64,000 nucleotides of DNA from Candidatus Methanosuratincola verstraetei (lineage in GTDB: Archaea > Thermoproteota > Methanomethylicia > Methanomethylicales > Methanomethylicaceae). Shown here in pieces: positions 1 through 9,118 of this stretch. Where the stretch lies: positions 1,088,001-1,152,000 of the forward strand of contig CP186953.1 in assembly GCA_049570475.1 (NCBI GenBank), in the 5' to 3' direction. Made by a program: the position numbers and the translations under genes. The first letter of the stretch is position 1, and every line of letters begins with the position of its first letter. A model generated the notes under the pieces. That model did not search any database and was not told the origin of the DNA. It worked only from the letters and a program-made list of their open reading frames with translations.

Positions 1-182
1 GGCGGAGGTATGACTCGCCGTCCGGGAAGTTTTTATAGTCTAGATCTACCGTTGCTGCAGAAATCAACCCTGCAACTCTCTTGCCGAGGTCTATCGACGA
101 AGGACCGGGGACCACTATCATAGTGACCAACTCAAAATTCTTAATATCTGTCCCCTCTTAAGACTTATGCGGGGAGATCCTG

Positions 183-1184
183 TTGGAGGCCATGCTCTAC
201 CAGAAGCTGGACAATGGGGCGGTAAGGTGCAACCTGTGCGCCTGGCGTTGCGTGATCCAGCCAGGGAAGCGGGGCGTCTGCAGGGTGCGGGAGAACCGGG
301 GCGGCAGGCTGGAGACGCTGGTCTACGGCAAGGCAGCCAGCTATGCTGTCGACCCAATCGAGAAGAAGCCGCTCTACCACTTCCACCCTGGAAGCAATGC
401 ATTCTCGATTGCTACCGTCGGCTGCAACTTCAGGTGCAATTTCTGCGACAATTGGGTTATAAGCCAGGAGGAGACAATCGCCGGGGAGGACTTCCCTCCC
501 GAGCTGGTCGTGAGCGAGGCCCTCTCCCTGCGCTGTTCCTCGATAAGCTATACCTATACGGAGCCAACGATATTCTTCGAATACGCTTTTGACACTTCGC
601 GGGCAGCCCACCGCTCAGGGCTGTTCAATACCTTCGTGACAAACGGGTACATGACTCCTGATGCGATTGAGTCAATCCACCCTTACCTGGATGCCGCAAC
701 CGTCGACTTCAAGGGCAGCGGGGATCCTGCTTTCTACCGGTCATTCTGCGGCGTCCTGAGCGCAGATCCGGTATTCGAGTCCCTCTTGGCCATGAAATCA
801 AAAGGCATTCACATCGAGATAACCGACCTAATCGTGCCCTGGCAGGGGGAGATCAAGGGCGCCTTCACAAAGCTGGTGAAGTGGATCGTTGAAAATCTGG
901 GGGACGAGACCCCTTTCCACATCCTCAGGTTCTTCCCAAGCTACAGGTACGAGGGGCCGGGATCCCCTGCCGAGGGTCTCCTTGAGGAGCTCTGGAACCT
1001 GGCAAAGACAGAGGGATTGAAGTATGTTTACCTGGGGAACGTCCCGGGGCACAGGTATGAGAACACATACTGCCCATCGTGCGGGAAGCTCGTCATCGGG
1101 AGGATCGGGTTCCAGGTGACCTCGTTGAGGCTTAAGGGGAGCTCCTGCGCCTACTGCGGAAGCAGGATCAATGTGAGGATCTGA
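183..1184 (+). CDS. amrS: AmmeMemoRadiSam-system radical SAM enzyme (PFL-activase-like)
   Basis: N-terminal CNLCAWRC..G.C motif, DPIEKKPLYHFHPG, radical SAM motif CNFRCNFC, YTYTEP, TNGY, C-terminal ENTYCPSCG. Confidence 0.9.
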   Translation: MEAMLYQKLDNGAVRCNLCAWRCVIQPGKRGVCRVRENRGGRLETLVYGKAASYAVDPIEKKPLYHFHPGSNAFSIATVGCNFRCNFCDNWVISQEETIAGEDFPPELVVSEALSLRCSSISYTYTEPTIFFEYAFDTSRAAHRSGLFNTFVTNGYMTPDAIESIHPYLDAATVDFKGSGDPAFYRSFCGVLSADPVFESLLAMKSKGIHIEITDLIVPWQGEIKGAFTKLVKWIVENLGDETPFHILRFFPSYRYEGPGSPAEGLLEELWNLAKTEGLKYVYLGNVPGHRYENTYCPSCGKLVIGRIGFQVTSLRLKGSSCAYCGSRINVRI

Positions 1185-1196
1185 GGTGGCTTTGGA

Positions 1197-2313
1197 GTGT
1201 GGAGATTATGGAGGCCTGATGCTGTCAGGGCACTGGAGGATCCGAAAGTCGTCTCCTCGATGCCCCGGTACATTGGGATCCTCAAAGGGAAGCTCCTTCC
1301 CAAGTTCGTCATCTCAAGGCAAGTCCAAGTCGAGTGGGGGTCGGACAGCAGCGAGGACGAGCTGTGGGATATCCATGACGCCTCCCTCAGGAAGATGGAG
1401 AAGCTTATGCGCGATCTGGATTCGGGGAGGATCCATCCTGATGAACTTGGGGATCCGCCAAAGAAGTCGCTGCTCCACCTGAAGGCGAGGATTGGGGAGT
1501 CCATAATGCGCTCTTGCAGGCTCTGCGAGAGGAGGTGCGGCGCCGATCGCCTCAAGGGCGAACTCGGTTTCTGCAGGGTTGGGAGGGAGTTTAGGGTCCA
1601 CTCGTGCTTCGACCATCTGGGGGAGGAGCCAGAAGTTGTGCCCAGCTTCACGGTATACGGATCTAGAGTCCGGCCGAATTAGCCTGGGCTGCAACTTCGC
1701 CTGCATCCACTGCCAGAACTGGGAGATCAGCCAGCAGTTCGCGGAGGGGACGGTCTGCGGGGAGAGGGAGATCGCAGCCCTCATTGACGAAGCTAGGAGG
1801 AGGGGGTGCAGGAACCAGAACTGGGTAGGTGGGGACCCGATACCGCACATCCCGTTCTGGCTAAAGGTGCTGCTCTGGGAGACCGAGAACACCCCTGTCT
1901 TCTTCAATACCAACGGCTTCTACTCCACCGAGGCCTCCTCTCTTCTGAGGGGTGTCGTGGACATCTACAAGATCGACTTCAAGTACGGATCTGACATTTG
2001 CGCGGAGAAGATCTCCGGGGTGAGCGGATACTGGAAAGTCATCACCAGAAACCTCAAGGCGGCAAAGAAACAAGGGGAGCTCCTCATACGAGTGTTGGTC
2101 CTTCCTCGTCACTTGGAATGCTGCCTAATTCCGATAGTCTCTTTCATTTCAAGGGAACTCGGCCCGGAAACCAGGGTGAACCTGATGGATCAGTACTCGC
2201 CCCACTGGCGGGCTGCCGAGTTGCCCGAGCTAAAGAAGCGGTTGGATCCCGACGAGTGGGAAAAAGCCGTCAAGATTGCCTTGGAAGCAGGTCTTAGGAA
2301 TGTTATAACGTGA
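1197..2313 (+). CDS. PflX-like radical SAM Fe-S protein, join(1197..1656,1679..2313), 364 aa after predicted removal of a 22-nt BHB intron
   Basis: ORFs 1197-1682 and 1579-2313 are the two halves of one PflX-type protein (CRLCERRC, HLGEEPEVVPS, GCNFACIHCQNWEISQ, NWVGGDP, DFKYG, NLMDQY). Removing 1657-1678 gives 1095 nt in one open frame with the junction FTVFSLGCN. Confidence 0.85.
1657..1678 (+). other. Predicted bulge-helix-bulge intron in a protein-coding gene (ACGGATCTAGAGTCCGGCCGAA)
   Basis: Central 4-bp helix CGGT(1651-54)/GCCG(1673-76); 3-nt bulges ATA(1655-57) and AAT(1677-79); intron helix CGGA/TCCG; exon helix GAAGTTGTGCCCAG(1632-45)/CTGGGCTGCAACTTC(1684-98). Cleavage after the second bulge nucleotide restores the frame. 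Confidence 0.85.
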
Positions 2314-2404
2314 AGTGAAAGAGGCGTCGGGGATGAAAGTGGGCCAGCGATATGTAGATCATTCTTTAATAGACGTACGGGAATCTCAAGATTGGTGGGT
2401 CTTT

Positions 2405-2605
2405 GTGAGCGGTGTTTGCCCGGAGTGCGGGGGAACTCTGAAGTTTGACCCTTCAAGGAAGCGATACGTCTGCCAGAGCTGCGGCCTATCGCTCTCCAGG
2501 GAGGAGATAGACGAAATACGTTACAAGGATCAGAAGCTCAACGAAGAGGAAGAAAAAGAGAGGGTCCGAAAGGAGTACCTGAAATGGTGGGCAACCAAGA
2601 AGTGA
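2405..2605 (+). CDS. Small Zn-ribbon protein
   Basis: CPECGG...CQSCG followed by a charged helix ending YLKWW; GTG start at 2405 chosen after GGTGGG. Confidence 0.75.
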   Translation: MSGVCPECGGTLKFDPSRKRYVCQSCGLSLSREEIDEIRYKDQKLNEEEEKERVRKEYLKWWATKK

Positions 2606-3426
2606 CCCCTGAAAGCGGCCCCGGAAAGGGTCGCCGGTTGGAGATCGAGATCATCTCCTCTGGAAGGGAGCTTCTTATAGGGAAGACTGTAAACACAAAT
2701 GCAGCTTGGATGGCCTCCCGCTTGACTTGGATTGGCGCCTCCGTGACCAGGATAGTCGTGGTAGGCGACTCAGTCCAGGAGATATCTGGTGCAATAATCG
2801 AAACCCTCGCGAGGAGGCCGGCTGCCTTAATAATTACGGGCGGCCTTGGGCCGACCTACGACGACATGACCGTGGAGGCACTTGCGTCCGCCCTCCGGGT
2901 GCCAAACGCCCTGAACGAGGAGGCTCTCCGCATGGTCTCCGAGAAATACTCTGCCATGGGGTTGCCGATGGCGCCCCAAAGGATCAAGATGGCATACCTC
3001 CCCATTGGGGCTGAGCCAATAAGAAATGATGTCGGTACTGCCCCTGGGGTCTCTGCCGAGCTCATGGGAACGCGCATCTTCTGCTTGCCGGGCGTGCCTA
3101 GGGAGATGAAGGCGATGTTCGAATCAAGCGTCCTGCCAGCCCTTTCCAAGCGCTCCGGTGCAGTTTACGGCGAGAGGACATTGCTGCTTGAAAGAGTCCC
3201 CGAATCAACTCTAGCCTCAGTAATCGATGAAGTCAGGAGGCTGCACCCGAACGTGTATTTCAAGTCGCACCCGAAGGGATCTGAGGCACTCCCATTGATC
3301 GAAATGCACCTCAGCGCTTATGCTCCAGACGCTGATTCGCTGTCCAAAGCCCTGGATTCTGCTGAGGGCGAATTAATCTCTGCGGCCAGGCAGATCGGAG
3401 CCTTGGTCAGGAGGGGATGTGCTTGA
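2584..3426 (+). CDS. CinA N-terminal-like / molybdopterin-binding domain protein
   Basis: G.ELL.G..VNTNA, VGD, ITGGLGPTYDDMT, GTAPG, LPGVPREM; the true start may be TTG 2638. Confidence 0.85.
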   Translation: MVGNQEVTPESGPGKGRRLEIEIISSGRELLIGKTVNTNAAWMASRLTWIGASVTRIVVVGDSVQEISGAIIETLARRPAALIITGGLGPTYDDMTVEALASALRVPNALNEEALRMVSEKYSAMGLPMAPQRIKMAYLPIGAEPIRNDVGTAPGVSAELMGTRIFCLPGVPREMKAMFESSVLPALSKRSGAVYGERTLLLERVPESTLASVIDEVRRLHPNVYFKSHPKGSEALPLIEMHLSAYAPDADSLSKALDSAEGELISAARQIGALVRRGCA

Positions 3427-4178
3427 AATTCGCGTTCTTAATGGGCACCGCTGGTTCAGGAAAATCTACATTGGTCCTATCGCTCCGCGACAGGATCAGT
3501 AGCTCCGATGTCAGTGTGGCCACGCTGAACCTTGACCCTGGGGTCCGTTGGCTGCCATACTCCCCTGACGTGGACGTCAGAGACTACATCGACTACGACC
3601 GGCTTGTGGAAGACTACAAGCTTGGGCCTAACGGGGCGCTGATCGCCTCGGTGGATGCCTCTGTGAGCCACATACGGGAAATGAGGGACGAGCTGGATAA
3701 GATCGGGGCTGATTATGTTCTTGTAGACACTCCCGGTCAGATGGAGATATTCGCTTACAGGAGCGCTGGTAGGGGCATAGCCAGCGCCCTCTCAGACGGC
3801 AATTATTGCACAGTGTTCCTCGCGGATTCGATCTTCCTCAGCCGGCCGTCTGACTTTGTCTCGATTCTCCTGCTCTCGTACTCTGTCCAGGCAAGATTCC
3901 ACGCGCCGCAAATTAACTGCATATCAAAGTGCGATCTCCTCCCGCGCGAAATCTATGAGAGAGGGCTCCTCTGGACCGAGGATCCAGAGTTCCTGAAAGA
4001 CGACTTCATGTCGGAGAAGATGGATCTCCACATCGAGATCTCGGAGCGCGTCCTTGAGGCTTTGCTTGAGATCGGGGTTTTAGGAGAGTTTATATTTACC
4101 TCTTCAAATACAGGAGAAGGGCTTGACGATCTGTATGCACAGATACAGCGGATTCACTCCGGTGGAGAGGATCAATAG
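3417..4178 (+). CDS. GPN-loop GTPase (XAB1/ATP_bind_1 family)
   Basis: GTAGSGKST, NLDPG, LGPNG, DTPGQME, SKCD. Confidence 0.92.
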   Translation: MCLKFAFLMGTAGSGKSTLVLSLRDRISSSDVSVATLNLDPGVRWLPYSPDVDVRDYIDYDRLVEDYKLGPNGALIASVDASVSHIREMRDELDKIGADYVLVDTPGQMEIFAYRSAGRGIASALSDGNYCTVFLADSIFLSRPSDFVSILLLSYSVQARFHAPQINCISKCDLLPREIYERGLLWTEDPEFLKDDFMSEKMDLHIEISERVLEALLEIGVLGEFIFTSSNTGEGLDDLYAQIQRIHSGGEDQ

Positions 4179-4197
4179 GCAACATGGTGATTAATGG

Positions 4198-5076
4198 ATG
4201 GAGAATCGGACAGTTGAGGTCGGTCCAACAACAAGACAATTACAGGCGATCCAGCAACAAATCGAGGATTACTACCAGCGACTGAATGCCCTGAGGGACA
4301 AGAAAAACGCGCTCCTGACCAAGCTGAGCGAGCTCCAAGATCTTGCATTGAATGCAAAGTCGGAGAGGGACGAGAAGAACCGGATCATCTCCGAGAAGAA
4401 GCGGATTAGGGAGCAGCTGCACAAGGAGAAGGCGGAGATATCGGAGAAGATCAAGGCATTAATCGAAAAGAAGAGGGCACTCCTCGAGAGCGCACCCGGG
4501 TCAGAGGCCAGTCTCGTGAAGCGGTACAAAGAGCTGACCTGGAAATACCAGACGACCAGCCTTACAATTGAGGAGGACCGGAAGCTCGTTCAGGAGATAA
4601 CAGAGCTCGAGAAGAAGCTGGTGCATTTCAAGAAAGTCAAGGATGTTGACCAGGAAATTTCAAGCTTGCGCGCCAAATTCAACGAACTGAAAGACAAAGC
4701 CAACGCGGTCCACCAGGAAGTGCTCACCCTCGCCGAGGAATCAAAAAAGAGCCACGACAAGCTCATGGCTGCCCATGAGGAGGGCGCCAAGATAATCGAC
4801 GAGCTCAACTCTGTCAGGGCTGAAATGAACACGATCTGGGAGACCATAAAGGAATCAAAGACCAAGCTCTCGGATGCTAGGACTAAGTATGAGATCGCAA
4901 AGACGGTGCAGCTTCAGCGGAAAGCACAGGAGCTTGCGGAAAGGGCCAAGCTGCTCCTTTCGAAGAGAACTGAGCTAGTTGCCAGGGCAAACGAGAAGCT
5001 GAAGAAGGGCGAGCGCCTCACATTTGAGGAGTATGCTGCACTTCTAGAGGACAGGGAAGCCAACGGCAGCAGCTGA
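4198..5076 (+). CDS. Archaeal coiled-coil protein (COG1340-like)
   Basis: Long heptad-rich sequence with YQTTSLT.EE and C-terminal KLKKGERLTFEE. Confidence 0.8.
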   Translation: MENRTVEVGPTTRQLQAIQQQIEDYYQRLNALRDKKNALLTKLSELQDLALNAKSERDEKNRIISEKKRIREQLHKEKAEISEKIKALIEKKRALLESAPGSEASLVKRYKELTWKYQTTSLTIEEDRKLVQEITELEKKLVHFKKVKDVDQEISSLRAKFNELKDKANAVHQEVLTLAEESKKSHDKLMAAHEEGAKIIDELNSVRAEMNTIWETIKESKTKLSDARTKYEIAKTVQLQRKAQELAERAKLLLSKRTELVARANEKLKKGERLTFEEYAALLEDREANGSS

Positions 5077-5258
5077 ACATTCCTTTTTCAAGCAAACAGA
5101 TTGGTATATGGACATCCTTTCAATTCTTTTCCATTAGCATCTGGGTTTTGCCAGCCACGGTTTTTCCGAGTGAGGGCGCAGCCATACCGAGGCATTTTTA
5201 AGGATTTCTGTTGCATTTGGGAACGTTTTAAATATCGACTCCTTATGATACCTAAATA

Positions 5259-6347
5259 GTGGATTTAATGAGCCTCAAGGGCAAGAGGGTACTTGTCCTG
5301 AGCGTGGACAAGGATGACGATGTCGGCCGCGTCACTGGAGTGAAGACTCCGGTAGTAGGCAGAGAAGCAGTCTCTTCCGTGGCAACCCTCTTCGCCATAA
5401 AGAGCCCAGAGGACTCGGATGTCAATTCTATATTCGCGGCAATAAATACTTACGACTCGATTCTCAGCGAAGGCTACGAATGCGAGGTCGCCGTCATAGC
5501 CGGATCTGCTGAAGGGGGGTTCAAGGCAGACCTCAAGATAAGCCGAGAGCTTGAGGAGGTCCTTAGGCGCTTCGACGCTGACGGAGTGGTCTTCGTAAGC
5601 GACGGGGCTGCAGATGAACAGGTAATACCGACAATCCAGTCGAGGATACCTATCATCTCGGTCAAGAGGATATTCGTCCAGCAGGAGAAGAGCGTCGAAG
5701 AAACGTACGTCCTGCTTTACCGATATCTCAAGAAGCTTTCAGAGCCGCAGCACTCGAAGCTTGGATTGGGGGTCCCTGGGGCAGTCCTGATAATCACCAC
5801 TCTGCTGTACTTCCTTGATCTGATAAACTATGCCCTGATTACTTTGGGCGTGGTCGTTGGGGTGATATTGCTAATTAAGGGATTCAGGATAGACAGCGCG
5901 CTTAAGCAGGTCTGGTCAGAGTCGCCCATCCGGTTCATAACTACAGTCATCGGCAGCATAATCGCTTCCGTGGCCGTCTACCAAGGATTCAGCCTAGCGA
6001 TAATGAATGTGACCCTGCCTGATCAGCCGGCTCTTTTCATAAGCCTTTTCCTCTCAAATACGATTGACCTGCTTGTCATAGGAATAGCGATCTTCTTGGG
6101 CGGAAAAGCAGTGGTCAAGTACTTAGAGGGGGTGCCAAAGCTCTGGCACGAGATCGTCGGTTTGGTGTCCCTTATCTTCATAAGGCAAGTTACATTGGAT
6201 GCGTCTACGATTATTGCCAATCCAGCCAGTGGCGCAACCCAGCTCATCCTATCAGCGGGTCTTGGCGTCCTTGTTTGCACCCTTCTAGCGGTGGTATTCA
6301 CAATTCCGACGAGGCTGAAAAAGTCCGGCAGCCCCCCGCAGGCCTAG
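5259..6347 (+). CDS. DUF373 family membrane protein
   Basis: VD.DDDVG, PEDSDVN, VSDGAADE, then multiple TM helices. Confidence 0.85.
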   Translation: MDLMSLKGKRVLVLSVDKDDDVGRVTGVKTPVVGREAVSSVATLFAIKSPEDSDVNSIFAAINTYDSILSEGYECEVAVIAGSAEGGFKADLKISRELEEVLRRFDADGVVFVSDGAADEQVIPTIQSRIPIISVKRIFVQQEKSVEETYVLLYRYLKKLSEPQHSKLGLGVPGAVLIITTLLYFLDLINYALITLGVVVGVILLIKGFRIDSALKQVWSESPIRFITTVIGSIIASVAVYQGFSLAIMNVTLPDQPALFISLFLSNTIDLLVIGIAIFLGGKAVVKYLEGVPKLWHEIVGLVSLIFIRQVTLDASTIIANPASGATQLILSAGLGVLVCTLLAVVFTIPTRLKKSGSPPQA

Positions 6348-6532
6348 TGGCTGTAAACTTCTTTCGCAAAGCATATGCAAAAAGGCTGCAAAATTCTTCC
6401 TTTGCACTAAAGCGAACTCTAGCACTAAAAGATGCTGTCCTTTAAACCCATCAGGGGATGCGCCCATCGCTGCGGCAGTCACTGCATTCAATCGATTGCG
6501 TCGCTTTCTAGAAATGCGAAAGATTATTTCCA

Positions 6533-9118
6533 TCAATTCCCAGAAACAAGCCTCCCTTCCACGATGATCCCTGACTTTGGATCCTTAAACTTCACCAATA
6601 ATGGCTGGGGTCCGGTCGGAATCAAAGCAGCGAAGACATACGCGCCTGTCTTGGTTACCGGGATGCTGGTCCCGCTCTCCCCTATAATGACCATCGGGGC
6701 AACCTCGCGCATAAGCTCCCCGCCCTCATAAATGCTGAACCTGAAAGTCATCTTGTCGAGGCTACCAAGCGACCAGCTGTCCTGCCGATCGACCGAAAGG
6801 ATCTGGGCTTCTACCTTATATCTGTACCCAGTGGTTGATACTTCATAGAAGATCGTATCGGAGGTTGCTAATTCAGGGAGGCTCAGCATCCTCTCAAGGA
6901 AGTATGCTGCCCCCTGCTGGAGCGTATAACGCACTGCAGCGGTCGGCTTGAAGACCGAAAGCGAAACTGTTCCAGTTGGCAGAGGAACGAGCGCCCGTCC
7001 GGAGTTCCCTGCATACACGACTGCATTAGAGCCCCCGCCCGTGGCTGTCACTTTCCAACCCTGCTGCAATCCGGTTACCAACACACCGGACCAGTTGCCG
7101 CCTGTGGAGACTTTCGAGATCGAGTACGCACCTTGATCATCGCACGTCAGGGAGAGCGTGTCCCCGCCGGAAAGATATCCGGAATATTGTGCAATTGGTC
7201 TGGACTTGGGAATGCGTGTGACCAAAGCTGTACCGGTGAATGGTAACTGCACTCCTGCGACGGTGACCTCTGCTGTACCTCCAGTCACGGTCGCATTGAA
7301 AACGGCAGATCCGTCCGATCCGAATAGTGTAACCAAATCCCCCTCAGACACCCCAGCAAATTTGAGCCCACCAAAGTCCTGCGTTGTGCTTGAAACAAGC
7401 AGCGGCATCCCGGAATTGGTTGCAGTATATGTGAGCGTGGTGTTGGCATAGAATGTCCCGATCCTTACTGCCTGCTGGTCTGGGCTCACGCTCAGGACGC
7501 CTATGTCTGCTGGGAGGTTTGTGCGGACGTAATCCCACCCTGCATTCATGCCATTGATCGTGTTGGCATGGTGCAACAGGATCCCTCCTATTGGGGCATT
7601 AGTGCCCGTCGCAGTGAAGTTAGTCTCTGTCTCGACGCAGTAGATGTTCCATGTCGAGCCAACCCTCGAGATGTTCAGCGTGAGCGATGACCTTCCGTAT
7701 CTCAAAAGGGATCCCCCGTTTGGGTTGTTGGGCTGGACTCCGTAGTAGCAGTCCTCCAAATTTATTGCCGACGACATCCTGGGGCTGTTGAACTTTGCAG
7801 TCAGGTATGCTATTATGCTCCCAGACGTGTCCGTTATTGCCAATCCTATCCTGCTGGTGTATTGCGGCGATGTTGTCCAGCCAGAGAGCGCCACCCTCAC
7901 CGCAACATAAAAGTCGCCTTCTCCATAAACGGGCAGGGCGTAGAGCGCTCCTGGGTAGCTCGAGGCTGGTTGCCCCAGCCCGTTGTTCGTTATCTCCACC
8001 CCGGAGCCTTTCGTATTGAGGCAGCCACTGGAGACCGAGAAGATTGAGAGCCCCTGCGGCACCCATGCCCCGGTCGTTGCGGATGAAAACTCACCGTTGA
8101 ATGCCGTTGGGAGGTTTGTGAGGTTCAGTACCCCGGCGCCATTGGCGACCTGCCAAGCGGCTGTTTCCCCATTGCTGGCGGTGTACCACCACTCGCCTGC
8201 TGTTACGCCGAATAGGGCTGCGGGGGGTGCGCCCGGAGTCATCATCACATCCTCAACCTTCACAGTGTAAGCCGCGTCGTAGTCCATGTAGGCGGTTTCG
8301 TTTATGAAGTAATTTATTGACATGTATTTCAGCGGGGCGAAGCATGTGAAGGAGAGCTTCTGCGATTGCCCCTGCTTCAGCGTTGCCTGCTCGCCATAGC
8401 CTCCGGAAAATAGGGTGAATGCATATGAGGCGTTGTTGATCCCGAGCAGCGCCACGGGCGCCCCGCCATAAGCGGATGCATTTCCATAAAGCGAAGTCCC
8501 AGACGTATTGAACCTGAGCGTGACGATAGGGGCCATGTTCTGGTCATGTGCCGTGATCGTGAGGTAGAGGGGAGGGGAGTGGATGTTCCATGCGCCCTTC
8601 GAGGCAAAGATGATGATCGAGATGTTGTAAGCGTAAAGCGGCTGGTCGAACGCCTTCCAGAGCGTAAAGTTGTAGGTGCCCTTCGCCCTGGCGATGCCTT
8701 TGTTGGTCCATGCCAGGGAACCATTTGTGACGTTCAGGGAGAGTGCTTCGGACGAGGGTGCCGTGCCCTCAAAGACATATCCGTTTACTTCGGCCCATTG
8801 GTCCGCGGGCACTCCTTGGGGAGGGGATGTGAACGGCTCCGACCAAGCCTGCGGTCGCGGCATCTCCGAGATTGCATATGCCATGCCTGTCCCACCTCCA
8901 TGGATGGTCGCATCCGGCGCCAGGAGGACCTCACCTCCGCTGTAGAACGTAACGTAGCTCTGCCCCCCCTCAAGCGGTTGCACAATGCTTGATGCTGCTA
9001 ACATAAGCGCCATCACAAAAACTCCTAGTGCTGATTGCCCAAAACCTCCCGAACCATTTCCCCTGGTTAGGCCGATCCGTTTGATGCCTCGGTACAAAAT
9101 AACTGACGCCCCCATCAT
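6533..9118 (-). CDS. Large secreted/surface beta-rich protein (putative adhesin or minor pilin)
   Basis: N-terminal G|QSALGVFVMALML hydrophobic segment; S/T/G/Y-rich; many N-x-S/T sequons; last gene of an overlapping operon. Confidence 0.7.
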   Translation of the reverse strand: MMGASVILYRGIKRIGLTRGNGSGGFGQSALGVFVMALMLAASSIVQPLEGGQSYVTFYSGGEVLLAPDATIHGGGTGMAYAISEMPRPQAWSEPFTSPPQGVPADQWAEVNGYVFEGTAPSSEALSLNVTNGSLAWTNKGIARAKGTYNFTLWKAFDQPLYAYNISIIIFASKGAWNIHSPPLYLTITAHDQNMAPIVTLRFNTSGTSLYGNASAYGGAPVALLGINNASYAFTLFSGGYGEQATLKQGQSQKLSFTCFAPLKYMSINYFINETAYMDYDAAYTVKVEDVMMTPGAPPAALFGVTAGEWWYTASNGETAAWQVANGAGVLNLTNLPTAFNGEFSSATTGAWVPQGLSIFSVSSGCLNTKGSGVEITNNGLGQPASSYPGALYALPVYGEGDFYVAVRVALSGWTTSPQYTSRIGLAITDTSGSIIAYLTAKFNSPRMSSAINLEDCYYGVQPNNPNGGSLLRYGRSSLTLNISRVGSTWNIYCVETETNFTATGTNAPIGGILLHHANTINGMNAGWDYVRTNLPADIGVLSVSPDQQAVRIGTFYANTTLTYTATNSGMPLLVSSTTQDFGGLKFAGVSEGDLVTLFGSDGSAVFNATVTGGTAEVTVAGVQLPFTGTALVTRIPKSRPIAQYSGYLSGGDTLSLTCDDQGAYSISKVSTGGNWSGVLVTGLQQGWKVTATGGGSNAVVYAGNSGRALVPLPTGTVSLSVFKPTAAVRYTLQQGAAYFLERMLSLPELATSDTIFYEVSTTGYRYKVEAQILSVDRQDSWSLGSLDKMTFRFSIYEGGELMREVAPMVIIGESGTSIPVTKTGAYVFAALIPTGPQPLLVKFKDPKSGIIVEGRLVSGN

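Noticed and set aside
1-45. Possible RNA gene at the left window edge (minus strand, TATAAAAA-like box at about 30-37)
   Set aside because: Any transcript would run off the window, leaving too little sequence to call.
1197-2313. Pseudogene or programmed ribosomal frameshift explanation for the split radical SAM gene
   Set aside because: There is no slippery run at the junction and both halves are intact. A simple frameshift would leave about 7 extra residues next to the Fe-S motif, while BHB excision restores the family spacing exactly.
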